The notes under the pieces: model-generated
The model's input: only the letters and a program-made list of their open reading frames with translations
What the model was told of the DNA's origin: nothing
Databases searched by the model: none
Translations under genes and position numbers: made by a program
Assembly (NCBI GenBank): GCA_002633005.1
Contig: NMRA01000119.1
Coordinates: 436,650 to 500,649, forward strand
Direction: 5' to 3'
Origin: Phoronis australis
Lineage: Eukaryota > Animalia > Phoronida
DNA: 64,000 nucleotides
Shown: piece after piece, positions 39,501 to 52,332 of the stretch
How positions within the stretch are numbered: position 1 is the first letter of the stretch
Layout of the letters: the number at the start of each line of letters is the position of its first letter

Positions 39501-42500
39501 CGACCAGACAAGAAACACGTGGCGATGTCGCCGCCTCAGTTTCATTTAACTTTCACTGAAAGTCTTTGTAAGGAATCGGTGATCTGCCATGAAATCAGGA
39601 AAACACAACACATTTTGCTGTTTCATAGCTCTGGTCAAAGCTGATACCTTCAAATTGTCAATCCTTCCAAAAATAATCCCCGAAGTGTACTTTCTTTTCG
39701 GCCGTGAAACCAATTCTGTACTTTTAAGGGAGCCTTTATTATTGAGGTACTGAGAAAGTCCCGAGATGAGCGCCAGCGCGGAATTCAACCAAACTATATG
39801 CTAGAGGAGCTAAATCCCACTACATTTAGTTTATTTCAAGGTTATGTTGGACATTAACGGCAAGTCTGGGCATTTAGCTAAATATTTACAAAATTTTGAT
39901 TTTAACCTTGTAAAAGTATAAATTTTCTGAAAGTAGTAAGGCTGTAGACTTCAATTTTGAACGTTATACCCATCTGTTATTAATTAGGACCACTGATCAT
40001 GTCTTTTAGCACAAATTAGCAAAAAAGTACATTCATTGCAAACCAGCCGTATCAATAACACGACCATATTTCATTTGATATCAGTGTTCAAAACGAAATC
40101 GCAAAAAACGGTGTTACAGTGTTTTGAAATTCATTTCGTTTTCGTTTATGTAAATGTTATTTTTTATAAGAACCGTAAAAGTCAACTTTTGTTAACCTGT
40201 AATGCAAAAGTTGAACAATTTAAAAACAATTCCAAACAGCAGTTTGCAGGGCCATACATAAAGCTCAATATGAGAAGGTTTCAATTGAATCCGATCAGCC
40301 ATTTCTCTGATGTAAAATGTTCAAAAGTTCTCCAAACTGGGACATTTTTCTACGTAACCTTTTAGGTTAAAAGCGTGTTTAGGGGGTAAAGTCACCTGCC
40401 TTGACTGCATCGAATGCCAGGCAGACAACGACAAGAATTGGCGATTTCTAATGACCTAACAAAAACAATAGATTTTGTCGTTTTATAGCTCTGGTTAAAT
40501 CTGATACCTTTTTAAGGGAAGTCTGTCACATCCAACATTTATCTCAAATATGTATTTTTGCCCGTCAGACATTCGCATCCCCGTACCGCCAAATGGAATG
40601 TAGAAGAATTTTAGGGAGCCATGGCCACCTTGGCCCCCTTAAATCCACTTCTGCTAATCATCTGGAATCACCTTTATACTTCATTAATGTGTTGTTAAAA
40701 TCGAGCTGAGGAGCTAGGGACCTGGGACCCGTTCCAAGAAACTAACTTAAGTTCATTTTTTACGTAAGTCTGAGATTTGTCTCAACTTACTCTGAAACTT
40801 CCACCTCAAGTAAATTAGTCAAAATTAAGGCAAAACTTAAGTCAAACGTAACGTCTCTTTCTTGAAACGGACTTAAGACAAATTTCAGTTTCATCTTAGA
40901 TTCGCCTTCTTGGAACGGGTCCCTGACTCAATGGCTAGCAGTGTGCCCCAGTGGGAGCGGGACTCCAACCTATGACCCTGAGTAAAGGAAGCGGACACTT
41001 ATATCATTAAGCCACCCTGCCTCTTGCAATTGCATTACTAAGACGAGGGATAGTTTGATGCTATTTTTCAAGACAAAATAACAAAAATGTAGACAGGAAA
41101 TAGTGTTTCATTGTCTATGCAGACCACAACTCTGGTAGGTCAAGATAAAGCTTACTGCATTGTATGCCTATTAGGCCTATTTCTTTTCTTTACGTAGAGT
41201 ACATTTTAATCATTTTCATTGGATTCTATTTTTAGAGGTTATCCTGTTCACATGGTGTATCAAAGACCTCATATTGAGCTGAATACACGGAAACAGGTAA
41301 GGTTGATGGACTATGCATCCAGTAAGAGCTTAGCCCGTTCTGATGCATCAAAGACCTCGTATGGAGCTGAGCTCACGTAATCAAGTTATTTTAATGTAGT
41401 GGCATCAGATAGCTCATCCTGTTCACATGGTGTAAAAATACCTCATATTACGCTTAGTACATGGAACCAGGGTAGAGGACTTTGCAAGGACATCGTGAAT
41501 GAGCAAGACTTCGCGAGATTACGCGAGACATTGCCGTGTAATTTCAAAGAGAGCACACGATTTTGGCTGCTGTTTCTCCGCGATACGTCTACTGAACTCT
41601 ACCCAGGTGAAGTTGATAAAATTTACATTAGGTACGTAGAGCTTATTCCGCTTAAAAATCTGGTGTATCACAGACCCATATTGAGCTTAGTAACGCTCGG
41701 AACCAAGTAGTGCTATTGAAATTTACTTGAAAACTTATCTCGTTCACATGAGGGTATCTAAGACCTCATATTGTACCAGGTAATATCGACGAAATTTTAC
41801 ATAAGATGCATGTTGTACGACACTGACATGTATGATGGTGGTGGTGTAAAATAAGTGACTGGCGTCCTCCCTCTTCTTTCATCCATCAGAATTTCTTTGC
41901 CATCTCGATTTCAATATATGTGCGGTAGGCGTCGAGTTTGAGTGCCTGCACATCACCAGTCTCGTAATGTGCCAAACTGCCTCACGTTTTTATTTCAGTG
42001 GTAGTACCTTGTAATCAAATTCAGTCAATTTTACGCATTTCAGATACGAGGAATTGTGTGGTCACCTGCCTTTGAGGGCGCGCTTTCATTGCCACCTACT
42101 GAGATAAATGGGTACTATGAAGCTTATTACCAGTTTGGAAAAAGAATTTACGAGTCGCCACACACGGTACATCGAAGTACTTCCTTGATTTGAGGATAAT
42201 GTGACATATACTGTTGCACTCGACACATAATTTATCGCACTCGAGGAATGTTTTCGCACTCGACACGTACATGTAATGTCGCTCGTACGACAACATATTA
42301 AGTAAAATGCTGTCAAAATCACCTAGTGCGACAACATATATGACAAGGTGATCTAGGAAAAGAAGATACATTTTGAGCATCACAGGCACCCCAAAACTGT
42401 GAATCGAACTAAGTTTTAATATCGGTGTTGGTTTTGTTTTCTGTACACTATTCAAAACCTATGTTGATTGGTTCCAAAACATCCGAAATATCAACTAAAT

Positions 42501-43120
42501 TTCAATTTTGGCGTTTCTCTTATCAGTGAATAAGGAAGCACATCCTATCCATTTAGTTTTTTCGTATTCAATGAAACTAGCGACAGTACGGTTTGGATAT
42601 AACGAATTTAGTCGAATTTTCCTCTTGCAAAGTAGGCGTCAGTTCAAATGTAGTTTATTTTCCGTGGGCGACTGACCGCCACTTTCATTATTTGTATGGA
42701 ATCTGTTAAAAGAAAATATACGTGTTGTTGAAAACGAAAATATATTGCGACAATAAGAAGTGGAAAAATAAAAATTTTTCCTCCGGACAGAGGGTAATGG
42801 AAACTAAATGTTTTGAAGGCAGGTATGACAGCCCAAGCTCTTCTTTTTCAATAAGACAATCTATGGCTATTGCCAAAATTTTAATATAAGTTACTTTTTG
42901 CATGTTTCAGATTGTGCAAAGACTAAAAGAGGGAGAGATGATATCATTCAACAATAAAAGAATGTTACACGGACGACGAGCCTTTGCACTCCATGGCGGC
43001 ATGAGACACTTTGAAGTGGCCTACGCTCATTCTGACGAGTTCCAAAGCAAAGTGCATCTTCTGGCACAACGCCTTGGAAAAGGCCCCGTGAAGAGAATTT
43101 TTAACAACTGTAACTTCTAA
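27556..43120 (+). CDS. Gamma-butyrobetaine dioxygenase-like Fe(II)/2-oxoglutarate dioxygenase (BBOX1/TMLHE/TmpA family), 10 exons, 431 aa
   Basis: Exons (GT-AG, phases consistent, 1296 nt): 27556-27660, 33187-33272, 34588-34718, 35384-35511, 35621-35800, 37723-37853, 38305-38445, 41236-41296, 42044-42166, 42911-43120. N-terminal Zn module VWLRHNCHCPEC...WGDH; NIAYS-ELPLHMDFPYYESIPGLQ (HxD); GGESVLLD; FNNKRMLHGRRAF (distal His); MRHF (2OG Arg). AATAAA at 43242. Exon 1 is the least certain. Orthology to BBOX1 versus other paralogues is unresolved. Confidence 0.9.
29950..31050 (-). mobile_element. Decayed hAT (ZMYM1/TTF-zinc-finger type) transposase fragment in intron 1 of the dioxygenase gene
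   Basis: Interrupted minus frames give, in order: YCCLFVLF, LFTFTGG..RHKFVQET (TTF-like), ENRILKWLL...RYRGWERTGYF (cf. FRGH-E-GNF), and VDSTP (cf. the first catalytic D region). Many stops and frameshifts. Confidence 0.45.
31480..32110 (+). mobile_element. Degenerate L1/Tx1-type LINE ORF2 fragment
   Basis: RT remnant HWIKIF...CVIQSG...RQGC, and C-terminal zinc-knuckle region LIRRIVGANSYLFKITISQSPVCRFCGKSPESVLQL...V..FW (zf-RVT-like). Internally deleted. Confidence 0.7.
32158..32253. repeat. Compound (CACG/CA/CG) microsatellite
   Basis: Direct reading. Confidence 0.9.
32586..32691. repeat. Minisatellite, 37-bp unit x ~3
   Basis: GCATGACAATG(T/C)GACGCCATTGTTGCTATAGAGAGAC repeated. Confidence 0.9.
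37395..37615 (-). mobile_element. tRNA-derived SINE-like repeat (family C); copies at ~40695-41025 (-, interrupted) and 59184-59382 (+)
   Basis: Head GAGGCAGTGCGGCCTGGTTGATAAG (A-box-like) and GGGTTCGAGTCCCACC (B-box). The body is shared with 59184-59382. Confidence 0.75.
38485..38639. mobile_element. hAT-type MITE with 8-bp TSD
   Basis: TIRs CAGTGCTGTGGTGG / CCACTACAGCGCTG; perfect TSD ATTACCGT at 38477-38484 and 38640-38647. Confidence 0.85.
39338..39393. mobile_element. 56-bp minimal family-E element (essentially TIRs only)
   Basis: CTCGCTGGTTCCCT...AGGGAACCAGCGAG flanked by GAGATGTTG / GAGATGTTA. Confidence 0.8.
40725..40922. mobile_element. PIF/Harbinger-like MITE with CTG TSD nested in a family-C SINE; relatives at ~32705-32830, ~36040-36276, ~36658-36815
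   Basis: Perfect 16-bp TIR GGACCCGTTCCAAGAA / TTCTTGGAACGGGTCC. CTG is duplicated at 40722-40724 and 40923-40925. The uninterrupted site is visible in the SINE copy near 37520. Confidence 0.85.
41326..41783 (+). repeat. Four degenerate tandem copies of exon 8 of the dioxygenase gene (pseudoexons)
   Basis: Exon 8 core CCTGTTCACATGGTGTATCAAAGACCTCATATTGAGCT recurs in diverged form at ~41327, ~41411, ~41640 and ~41734. Confidence 0.8.
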
Positions 43121-44580
43121 ATAGTATGGAGCATCCTTTATTGAAGAAATCTGTAGCCTTAGGGTGAAAAAATACGCAGTCGTTCTTATTTTTGTTTCAG
43201 GTCACCGAGTGATATTCAGGGTTGAGTTCCGTAAACGCAAGAATAAATGTAATCACGTGTATGGCTTGGTTCGTAATGCGTGGCGATATCTCGAGAATTC
43301 CATGATTTTCGTTTTCATGAGTGCATTACGTCTACGTATATTGGAACCAGATTATGCGATGACAGACGCCGGGAAATAGCCACTTTCCGTAATTGTTTAC
43401 TGCTGTTAGACTGCTACGTTAACACAGACGTTCTCTGGCCTTCTTGGCCTACGTCTGAGCAAGGAATTTTTAAAAAGGGGACCCAAGTTAACAATTTGAA
43501 AATTCTAGATTTAATACCACTAAAATCAAATGAAAAGGGGATCCAGATCCCTTGACCCCCTGGATCCACCTATGCGCAATGGTGATATATATGGTTAAGG
43601 CTATTCTTAGATTCCTGTCTGTTCGATTTAGCAAAAAGCATCCAGTCGTGTGTTGCATTACGCTCTTTCTGGAACAATCGCTTTCCACCAGTTCACCAGT
43701 GTCGAGTATGTGACACCCTACAAGGCAAAGCGTTCACTCAGCTCGCAAAATTCACACAATGGGTAACTACAAATGTATAGTAGTAAAGGTTTTTTCATGT
43801 CATGGTTCAGCCCTAAAGTATTTTAGATGTGTTCTAATCATGACAACCTTGAAGATTTTTGCAAATACGCAAATCGAGGCCGCTTTTATACAAAATTCTA
43901 TTCTGTAACCTCTTACCAAGCCTACAGTTAGATTGCTTTGATAAATTCACCACGTGATTTTAATATGGCTACTTCGGAGGTGGGTTGGGTGAATTATTCA
44001 GATTAAGGCACCGGCATGATTGAAAATTCTACTTGTGCTTATTATTACTGCTGGTATCAAGCACCATAGGCAAATTGTATTGATTCTCTCATGTTTTTGT
44101 TTCTAAATGATACGGGTTTGCAGGCTGTTGTATGATAATTTGCATAATTTATGCTAATCAAGAAGAAAGCTGGCACGCAGATACGTGCGTCATTTCGTAG
44201 CTAAATACACAAAACGTACCGAGAGTGGAGCAGGTGAAGTAATATTTTAAGAGACATTATGACGAGACCTTCGGTCTGGATCGATACGCCGAATAATGTC
44301 GAGTGAGATATTACTTCATCTACTGCAATAGAGCTACGTTTTTTATTTATTCAATACGCTTCGAATTCCTAAGTTTCTTTCATTTTTTCGGCAGATTTTT
44401 TAAATACTTTACTCAGACTGTTCTATATGAATGTACATGGTCGTTAGGTTGCAACTTTCCTGTAGTAAAAAACGTAGTTTAAATGTAACGATTTATTACT
44501 TGGAAAAGAGATATCGTAGATGTAAACATTGGCAACTGTGCATTGAACTTGTAATATCTCGCGAAAATAGTTACATAACA

Positions 44581-45391
44581 CTGTGACGTATCTAGGATAT
44601 CACAAAGGGGGGGCCCCAACATTTTGTCTGTAAACATTTGCGCAAAGCACGATTGTAGATGCGCATAGCACCGAATGGAGGGGTTTGACCCCCTCCCGCC
44701 CAGGAAAATTTTTCTGTTTTTTCCTCTAAAAATCAAACATTTTCCTTAATTCCTGAAGTATTATGCAAGAAAAAAACACGAAGAACGTGTCAAACTTGAA
44801 AAACTGCAATAACCACAGACTCGAACTCACGACCTGGCGGATAGAGCGCGCGTGCTTTGCCACTGCACCACCACGATTCCGCTTGTAACATGGTACAAAG
44901 AGACCTAGTTGTTTATGGTCCACAGCGTTTGCGCGCGAAACCTTCTTCTTTTTGGAATGCTTATTACACTTTTTACACTTTGTACAATCAATTCGTAACA
45001 AATTTGTTGTATTTAAAATAGTCTTCAATTGCCCAAAAGACCAAATCCGTTTTTTGTGTTGGCATAAATAACGCGATTTCTTTGGAAATCGTTTTACGTT
45101 AAGGTTTGACAAAGAGAGAATTTTATGAGTTTCTGGGTGATTCACTAAGGCTTCGATTAAAATTCACATCTTACCAGCAGCTTCTGTTTTTTCATCGTCA
45201 CTCAGATTCCATTTTCTTTAAAAAATGAAGTAATTTTCTTCATTGCACAGTGAAGCATACGACGGAAACGGAGTCGTAGTGCGCTGCGCCACTGCTGGTC
45301 GCCTGAGATATCGCGGGACAGCCTATACTTAGCCATAGTTCCGTTACGAATGCACCATGTTCCCAATTTGATACTTGAAATTGGATCTGAG
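44581..45391 (-). mobile_element. Family A repeat copy
   Basis: Reverse complement of 9838-10653. Confidence 0.8.
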
Positions 45392-45392
45392 C

Positions 45393-45618
45393 NNNNNNNN
45401 NNNNNNNNNNNNNNNNNNNNNNNNNNNNNNNNNNNNNNNNNNNNNNNNNNNNNNNNNNNNNNNNNNNNNNNNNNNNNNNNNNNNNNNNNNNNNNNNNNNN
45501 NNNNNNNNNNNNNNNNNNNNNNNNNNNNNNNNNNNNNNNNNNNNNNNNNNNNNNNNNNNNNNNNNNNNNNNNNNNNNNNNNNNNNNNNNNNNNNNNNNNN
45601 NNNNNNNNNNNNNNNNNN
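45393..45618. other. Assembly gap
   Basis: Run of N. Confidence 1.
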
Positions 45619-48149
45619 CAAGGGGGCCATGGCCCCTCTAAAATTCTCTCAGATTACATTTGGCAGTTCGGGGGGTGCGAATGTCTGACGGGCAAAATCC
45701 TGGCTAATAATCTGCCCTGGCCCCCCTAACTCAAAATCCTGGATCCGCCCATGGGGGGGGGGGGAGGCAGGCTCCCTGGCCCCCCTCTTAAATCCGTTTA
45801 TGTAACAACAATATTTTGATAGTGTAGTTACCGAGGAATCGGCGCCTGAGTTGCAGACGATATAATATTTAGCAGACAGAACTGTCATACAATTAAGTCC
45901 TGTTCCAGGTGTTACGATTGGGACCTTGGATGTTGCGTGTTATTTACACTGCTGCAATTGTATTACTTTAAACTATATTCGGAAATTTTGATGATCGAAC
46001 CGGCTAACGACGTCGAGTCGACATTGACCTACCTTTTGAACTTTCCATGTCAGAGGTCATTGTTGAAGTAGTGTTGGAGATGAATACGGGAAACATTATT
46101 ACATGGCCGCACTCGACCTATTTAACGCGTGTGGGATAAATGACTTTACTAATTATTATTATTTTCAGCATACTGTTATTCAAAATTCTGTTCCTGCTCC
46201 GGATAACTTCCCTACAGTCGCTACATGAATATTTTATATATTTTTCACACTTTTTTGTGGTCAGTGAATTTAACAAAATCAGTAAGGTCATTATAACATA
46301 AATTTGCACATGTTAATTGAGACCACCAAGACTAGTTTGGCTCATTATATTGGTTAGACAACTCTGGATGGTTTGGTAAAGCTCGAGAGACTTTGGAGCA
46401 ACTGTACCATCTGAAACAAGACCTAAAATTATTTTGAGAAGTGTGCTGCCGGTATATGGAGAAGCGTCTTACATTTAGTGAAATCACTGCAATCATGCAC
46501 CCAAATATTCATATGCTTAGCGTTACCTTCATCCCTTATTTGCTTTACATCCATGACATCAAGCTTAAAATTTTAAAGATTTGTTAGAAAATTTCCAAAG
46601 CCAGCAACTGATGTATAATCTGACTTGGCGACATTTTGTCTGGGGGAACCGCGCAAAGAACGGTTGCGTGGCCGGGCCGAGCCTAAAATATAGGGTGGGC
46701 TCGAATTTTTGGGCATGTGAGCGACTAAAAAAACGGGAAACCGATTGCGCCGACGCTCTAACTGTTTATTTTTTCCCGCAGCCAAGGGGCAGGAACCCGG
46801 GCCCCCTGGCCCCTCCTTAAATCCGCCTATGTCATACATGACTTCTAGGGCCCAGTTGCATAAAAGTTATACGCCGTATAGCATAGGCGGATTTAGGGGG
46901 GCAGCAGGGTGCCCGGCGCCCCCCTTGACTGCCGGCTGCCAAAAACAGCAAGAGCGTGAGGAACTATTGAGTTGATTAATTAACCGCGGTAATAAACATC
47001 ATGCGGCTGAAACAAGATTTAACAATGTGTGCAGTTTTAGTTTGTGTGTGCGTGTGTGTGTGTGGGGCCGGGGGGACTCAGACACGATTTCAAGTGTCCG
47101 ATTCAGACCACTGACGCAATCGAAACGGAACTATGGTTAAGTAATGGTCCTCCCTGTCGAAATTTGCGTGATATCCGTCTTCTGTTCCACTGTGCAGTGA
47201 AGAAAATTACTTCATTTTTTCAAAGAAAACGGAATCTTAGTAACGATGAAGAAACAGAAGCAGATGGTAAGATGTAAATTTTAATCGAAGCCATAGTGAA
47301 TCACTCAGAAATGCGTGAGTTAGTGGAAATGGAGGCGACGGTGAGACAACCTACCAAGTGCTCTGCGATAATTGTACCTCTGCATTAAGACTCTTCCTTG
47401 CAGTACAGCAGCCAGTGGCGGATTTAGAGGGGGGCCAAGGGGGTCATGGCACCCCTAAAATTCTCCCAGATTCCATGTGGCAGTTGGAGGTGCGAATGTC
47501 TGACGGGGAAAATGCTGGCTGATACTCTGCCTTGCCCCCCCGTAACTCAAAATCCTGGATCTGCCCCTGGCAGCTGAATGTGAACGAGAATTCAGCAAAA
47601 TGAATCGGATTGTAACAGACAAACGATTTTGTTTGCTATTAGAAACTACCTTCAGCTCGCTGTTTGGAAAAGTCAATGTTTCCCCGCTTTCCATGTTCGA
47701 CCCACAACCTTATGCCACAACGTGGATGATTCGACAACACGGAACAGCTGGTAGTTCTCAGTCCAGATAACCAAATAAATTGGAAAAGAACAAGATTCCC
47801 CTAACATGTGACCATAGCATATAAAATCGAGTTATTGTTTCACAACAGCTTTCTGTCAGCAAACACTGAATTAGCATGTGCTCACACGACTTCGGTGCTC
47901 TGTCAATTACCTTTATTGCATCTAAAGCCGGAAACGCAGTGGTTTATTCATTGCTGGCTTCTCAAAACATTTACACTCACAATACTCCAAAGGCATTACA
48001 ATTTGTATCTTATGAGACAGACTTTGTTTCAGTTTTATATAAGCATTGGTTATGGTGAGAATAATTCATGTTGAAACAGAACGCAAAATAATAAACGTCT
48101 ACATGGCAACTCGCCCGGCGCCAATCCCGACTTAGTCGAGAGCTTATCT

Positions 48150-48511
48150 GACGAAGACTCCACGGGTCGGATCGTTAAGTTCCACAGACTATCAGTTCGA
48201 ACTGGAATACACTGATCAACAAATACTAGAGAAGCGCCGTGAACATGCACAGGCAACGGAACGTATGGATAGTTCTTTGGTAAGCCGGAATTCGTCAGAG
48301 AAATCACTGTCGACGAAATGCCGGCCACAGACACGGAGATGTTTCACGGCCTCATACTTGCTATTAACAGAGTACTTTTTATTCTTCACTGCCGCGAGCC
48401 ACTTCCTAAGCATTTAGGGCTCTCGAGGAAGTCGAAAAAACGATATACCCGCTTTCTTCGCAGCTTCATAGTTCGGACAAGCGGAAACGATTTACCGCAA
48501 TATAGAGGCAT
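48150..48511 (-). pseudogene. Degenerate THAP-domain coding remnant (DNA-transposon derived)
   Basis: MPLYCG/(frameshift)SACPNYEAAKKAGISFFRLPREP*MLRKWLAAVK...LRVCGRHFVDSDF matches the THAP C2CH signature (C..C, F.FP, W, C..HF). It has one frameshift and one stop. Confidence 0.75.
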
Positions 48512-51500
48512 TCACTCAGCAGACGAACCACTGACGTCGTTTCTCACCTTCCTCATAGGTTAGCGCGACACCTGTCGGCAAGGTGAGGTCGACCGTATTA
48601 GAGGCGATGTGGATATAGGCCGATTAAGACGGTAAAAGAGACTAATTAAATCGGATAGCATTCTCCTTTAAAATTAAACGAAAAATAAGGACAGCTGCTG
48701 GCAAGGAAACCCTTCTTCAACTTTGTGCATTATTTATGAGTGCATGCACGTGTGCACATTGTACAATGTGTTTCAGCTCTTTTAAACATCAGTGCTTGTG
48801 TAGCATCGGGTTTGTGTAATTAGTCTTAAAAGTGTTCGGAATAACATATGTACGACGAGTGATGAAATCTTAGATTAATATTTCAAGACAAAGGAACAAT
48901 TATGGTGTCATACCATGCGCGCATAAAGGTGGACCAAAGACCCCTGAGGACACACCCACGGACGACCAAAAAACGCCGCCAGCATATCGTTTCTGGGCGT
49001 TACGCGCCCATTTTCCTTTAAAATGTGTTTAACCCCCCTTTCAGAGACCGCTTGTAATGCACGCTGACTTTTGCCCTCCTAAATGTGTGGTTGGGCCTTT
49101 CTGCGACATCCTAGATTCGCCACTGTAGACTCGAAGTAAATACCCACTCGTGAGTCAAAAAATAGACCCACATGTTTGTAAATCAGGTTTTGCGAATTCA
49201 ATGCACTTCTAAAATTCAGTGCTCATACAAGGTGATACGGTGGGGATTGGACACCTAGGTACCTCTAATTTACAGCACTGCCTGACTTCCCGCCATTCAG
49301 CGCTATTTGCCTCTACAATCGTGCTTTGCGCGATTGTTTAAGAGACAAAATGTTGGGCCCCCTTGTGATATCCTAGATCCGCCACTGTATAACAACAATG
49401 GCTTAGCATTATCACGCGTCACGTTGTTATTGGTGAACAATGCTCCTGACGTCATGCAACAATCAAACTTATCCAGCGGATAATTCTGGAGTTTTATGCA
49501 ACCCATCCCAGATGTACGTGTTTGTTCAATTTGATTGGCTTACGTATTGTCAATTACACTGCGCACTGTGTCTTCGACACACGTGTGGCTAGGCTGCTGT
49601 ATATCAGTCACAACTCCCGTAAAACATTATTAGCCAGTCAATGAGTTCCGATCAGTGACGTTTTCTATGACATTTACACATTTGTGTTAGTATTTGACCT
49701 ATGCTCAGTGCAGATTGTTACTTCAAACACGTCCGCTTGAAAGAGAAAACAATGTGACAAAGTGCTGGAGATTTGTTTAGTAACACCTTTGCGGCTCATT
49801 AATGGAAATTGTTTCCCCTGACTACAAAAAACCCGTAGTGGTTTGCATATTTTAAGGGTACTTTTATGTCATTAAAAGTTATCCTGCGTCATCGCACCCA
49901 TACAAATACAACCTCTGCTGGTGTTAGTCGTAAAAAAGGAACAGGCCCATTCGATCACGGTCGTGAACATCAAGTCCTGGTAAGTTTTTGCTCAGATTTT
50001 TTTGGGAATATTGCTGCAAGTACAATCCGCATAAAGCGCTAGTATTGCTAAGGACATTTAGTCAAAGACATGCTGTTAATGCTCTTGTTTTGCTGCCAAT
50101 GTATTTTTCTTTTTTCCAAAATTTGCTGAGAGGCACGCACCGGGATACAATTAGTAGGAGATTGGTAAAAAGTAAATTAAAACATATTTTACTGTTTTTT
50201 CTATTTTTTAGAAAATATACTTTACTGAGCTAAAGTTTATAGTTTTGTAGATATATGGCTAAATATACATCCTTGTCGATAAGGTCCTACATAACCTTAT
50301 AGAATGGGATGCTAAAAGTGCCTTAGTTTTCGATTTTGGTTCCCCCTTCAAGCTGTCAACCATCATTGGCAGGTACCCGGACAAAGCTTTAAACCTAGCC
50401 CTTTATAAACCTGGTGCCACAAAAATCGATAAAAAATTCCACTCGAAGGGGGTTTGCATGACAACAGAAACACCCAGTAAAAACCTGCATAATTTTATAT
50501 CTGAACGAGGTTCTAGACACGATTAAGAGGCAATTGATGTAAATCCTAGCTGTTTAAAATTAGTTGTAAAGGTACCAAAGTATTCAAATATATTCTAAAA
50601 TGCATTTGGGTTACTTTTGAAAAATTGCGTGCATCGCTGGCTTGCCTGGCTTATACAGTGTTTTTGATTATTCTTGGAAAATTGCTTGCTTCAATGGCTT
50701 GCCTCATACCGCGTTGTCGACCACAGATTCGGAGTGCGATCACACATGATAATCTGCCGTTAATATCCGTCTTGGCAGTCAGCTGTTGGGTGAATGACTG
50801 CGAGCGCATGCGGGAATTTATCATAAGTGGGAGGAAAATTACAAACTCTGTGGTGACTACAAAGTTTTTCCTTCGCGCGTATTTCAAAATCATGAAACTT
50901 GTGATTTTTTCTGGAAATTACATCACAGGGTGAATTACTCTGTAGCAGACGTTGCGACATGGTACTTTGTTCAAGAATAGTTTAAACGAATTTTGACAGG
51001 TGTACGGTTCGCGTTCCATGCCTATTTAAGAATTCCAAACTTCTGACTTTTGGTACAAGGTGCTCTGGCTATATCCTTATTACTACCGTCTTTGGTCTTT
51101 AGGACAGGGACATTAGGATACCACGTATTTGAATGTGTTTGGTAAAGGGGGGGTTTTGTTTTAATTCACAGATATTTTATGAGAAATTGCTTGCATGAAG
51201 AGGTGGTAACTGTGCATATTACTTTGAATTTCATATTGTCAGTTTCAATATAGAGGTTACAAAATCATGTTTAACGCCTTCGCTAAGAATTTGCCAGTAA
51301 GCCTTCACGAATTCTTCACGCGAACAGCCACCAAAGATCCAACTGTTCCAACATCTTCCAATCGCTCTCCATATGCGTGTTTCGACTTGAAATCAAGGTA
51401 TAAGTGTGACAATATATTTCGTAAAAAGACTTTAGCAAAGCACATCCTTGTTAAATGGTAAATTTTCACTTGACAAGTTTTCCTTTGGAAGTGAAAAGTA

Positions 51501-52332
51501 ACGGACGCAGTCAAGAGATTCGGCAAACTTGTAGACCAGTGTGATGTGTAATTCTGTGGGTTTCAAGAAATTTGGGGCTCTCCTAGTGACCGACTAATGA
51601 CTGCCATTTTACAGGAACTGTTTCGCAACCGCTTTCCAGCCAATATTTATTATATTTGACGCCATGCACAAATTTTGTCCCTTGTCTGTTATGTTTGTGT
51701 AACGTGCCTGGAAGCAGATCTTCTGCGTCGGATGCCAGTGTTCAAGACAATTTGCTGAATTCACAAAAGGAACACATTTTTCTTGCACCAGAATCCCAGC
51801 TACACAGCGAGAACATTGTTTTAAAATTAACGCGTGTCTTTGAGTAAATAACGACAAATTTATCCAACGTTATTTACTTACGCGGTAATTTTTAAGTTCA
51901 CGCTTCTGGCCTAAAACAAATGAAAACAGTCACAGATAACAATAGTTCAAATTCGCAACCTCATACGATTTTCAAATAATCATTTCTTTTATATAGCAGA
52001 TAAATATATTCCATCTAAAAATTCTTTGTTTTTGGTAATGTTCACCTTGGCAAAGCGGGACAACAACAATAGAATAACGCAATGCGTATTTGGTTTGCCT
52101 CTGTCAACATTCTCACAAAACTGTAACTATGCTTTGACCAGCAGGATTGACTGCTCCCCAAGTACAACACAAAAAAGAAATAAGGTAAAATTGTGCATGC
52201 GTTGGAGGTAGTTATTAGGCTGTGCATTGTAATTTTGCCAGTGTACTCGCAAAAATGCCTGTATGCTAGACATATCAGACCACAAAAATTAAGATATATT
52301 TAAAAAGCCGTCATCAATCTTGTTCAGAGCCA

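Noticed and set aside
45202-45688. ORFs spanning poly-X
   Set aside because: Artefacts of the N gap.
50600-51860. Cluster of short ORFs, possible decayed transposase
   Set aside because: No motif could be recognised with any confidence.
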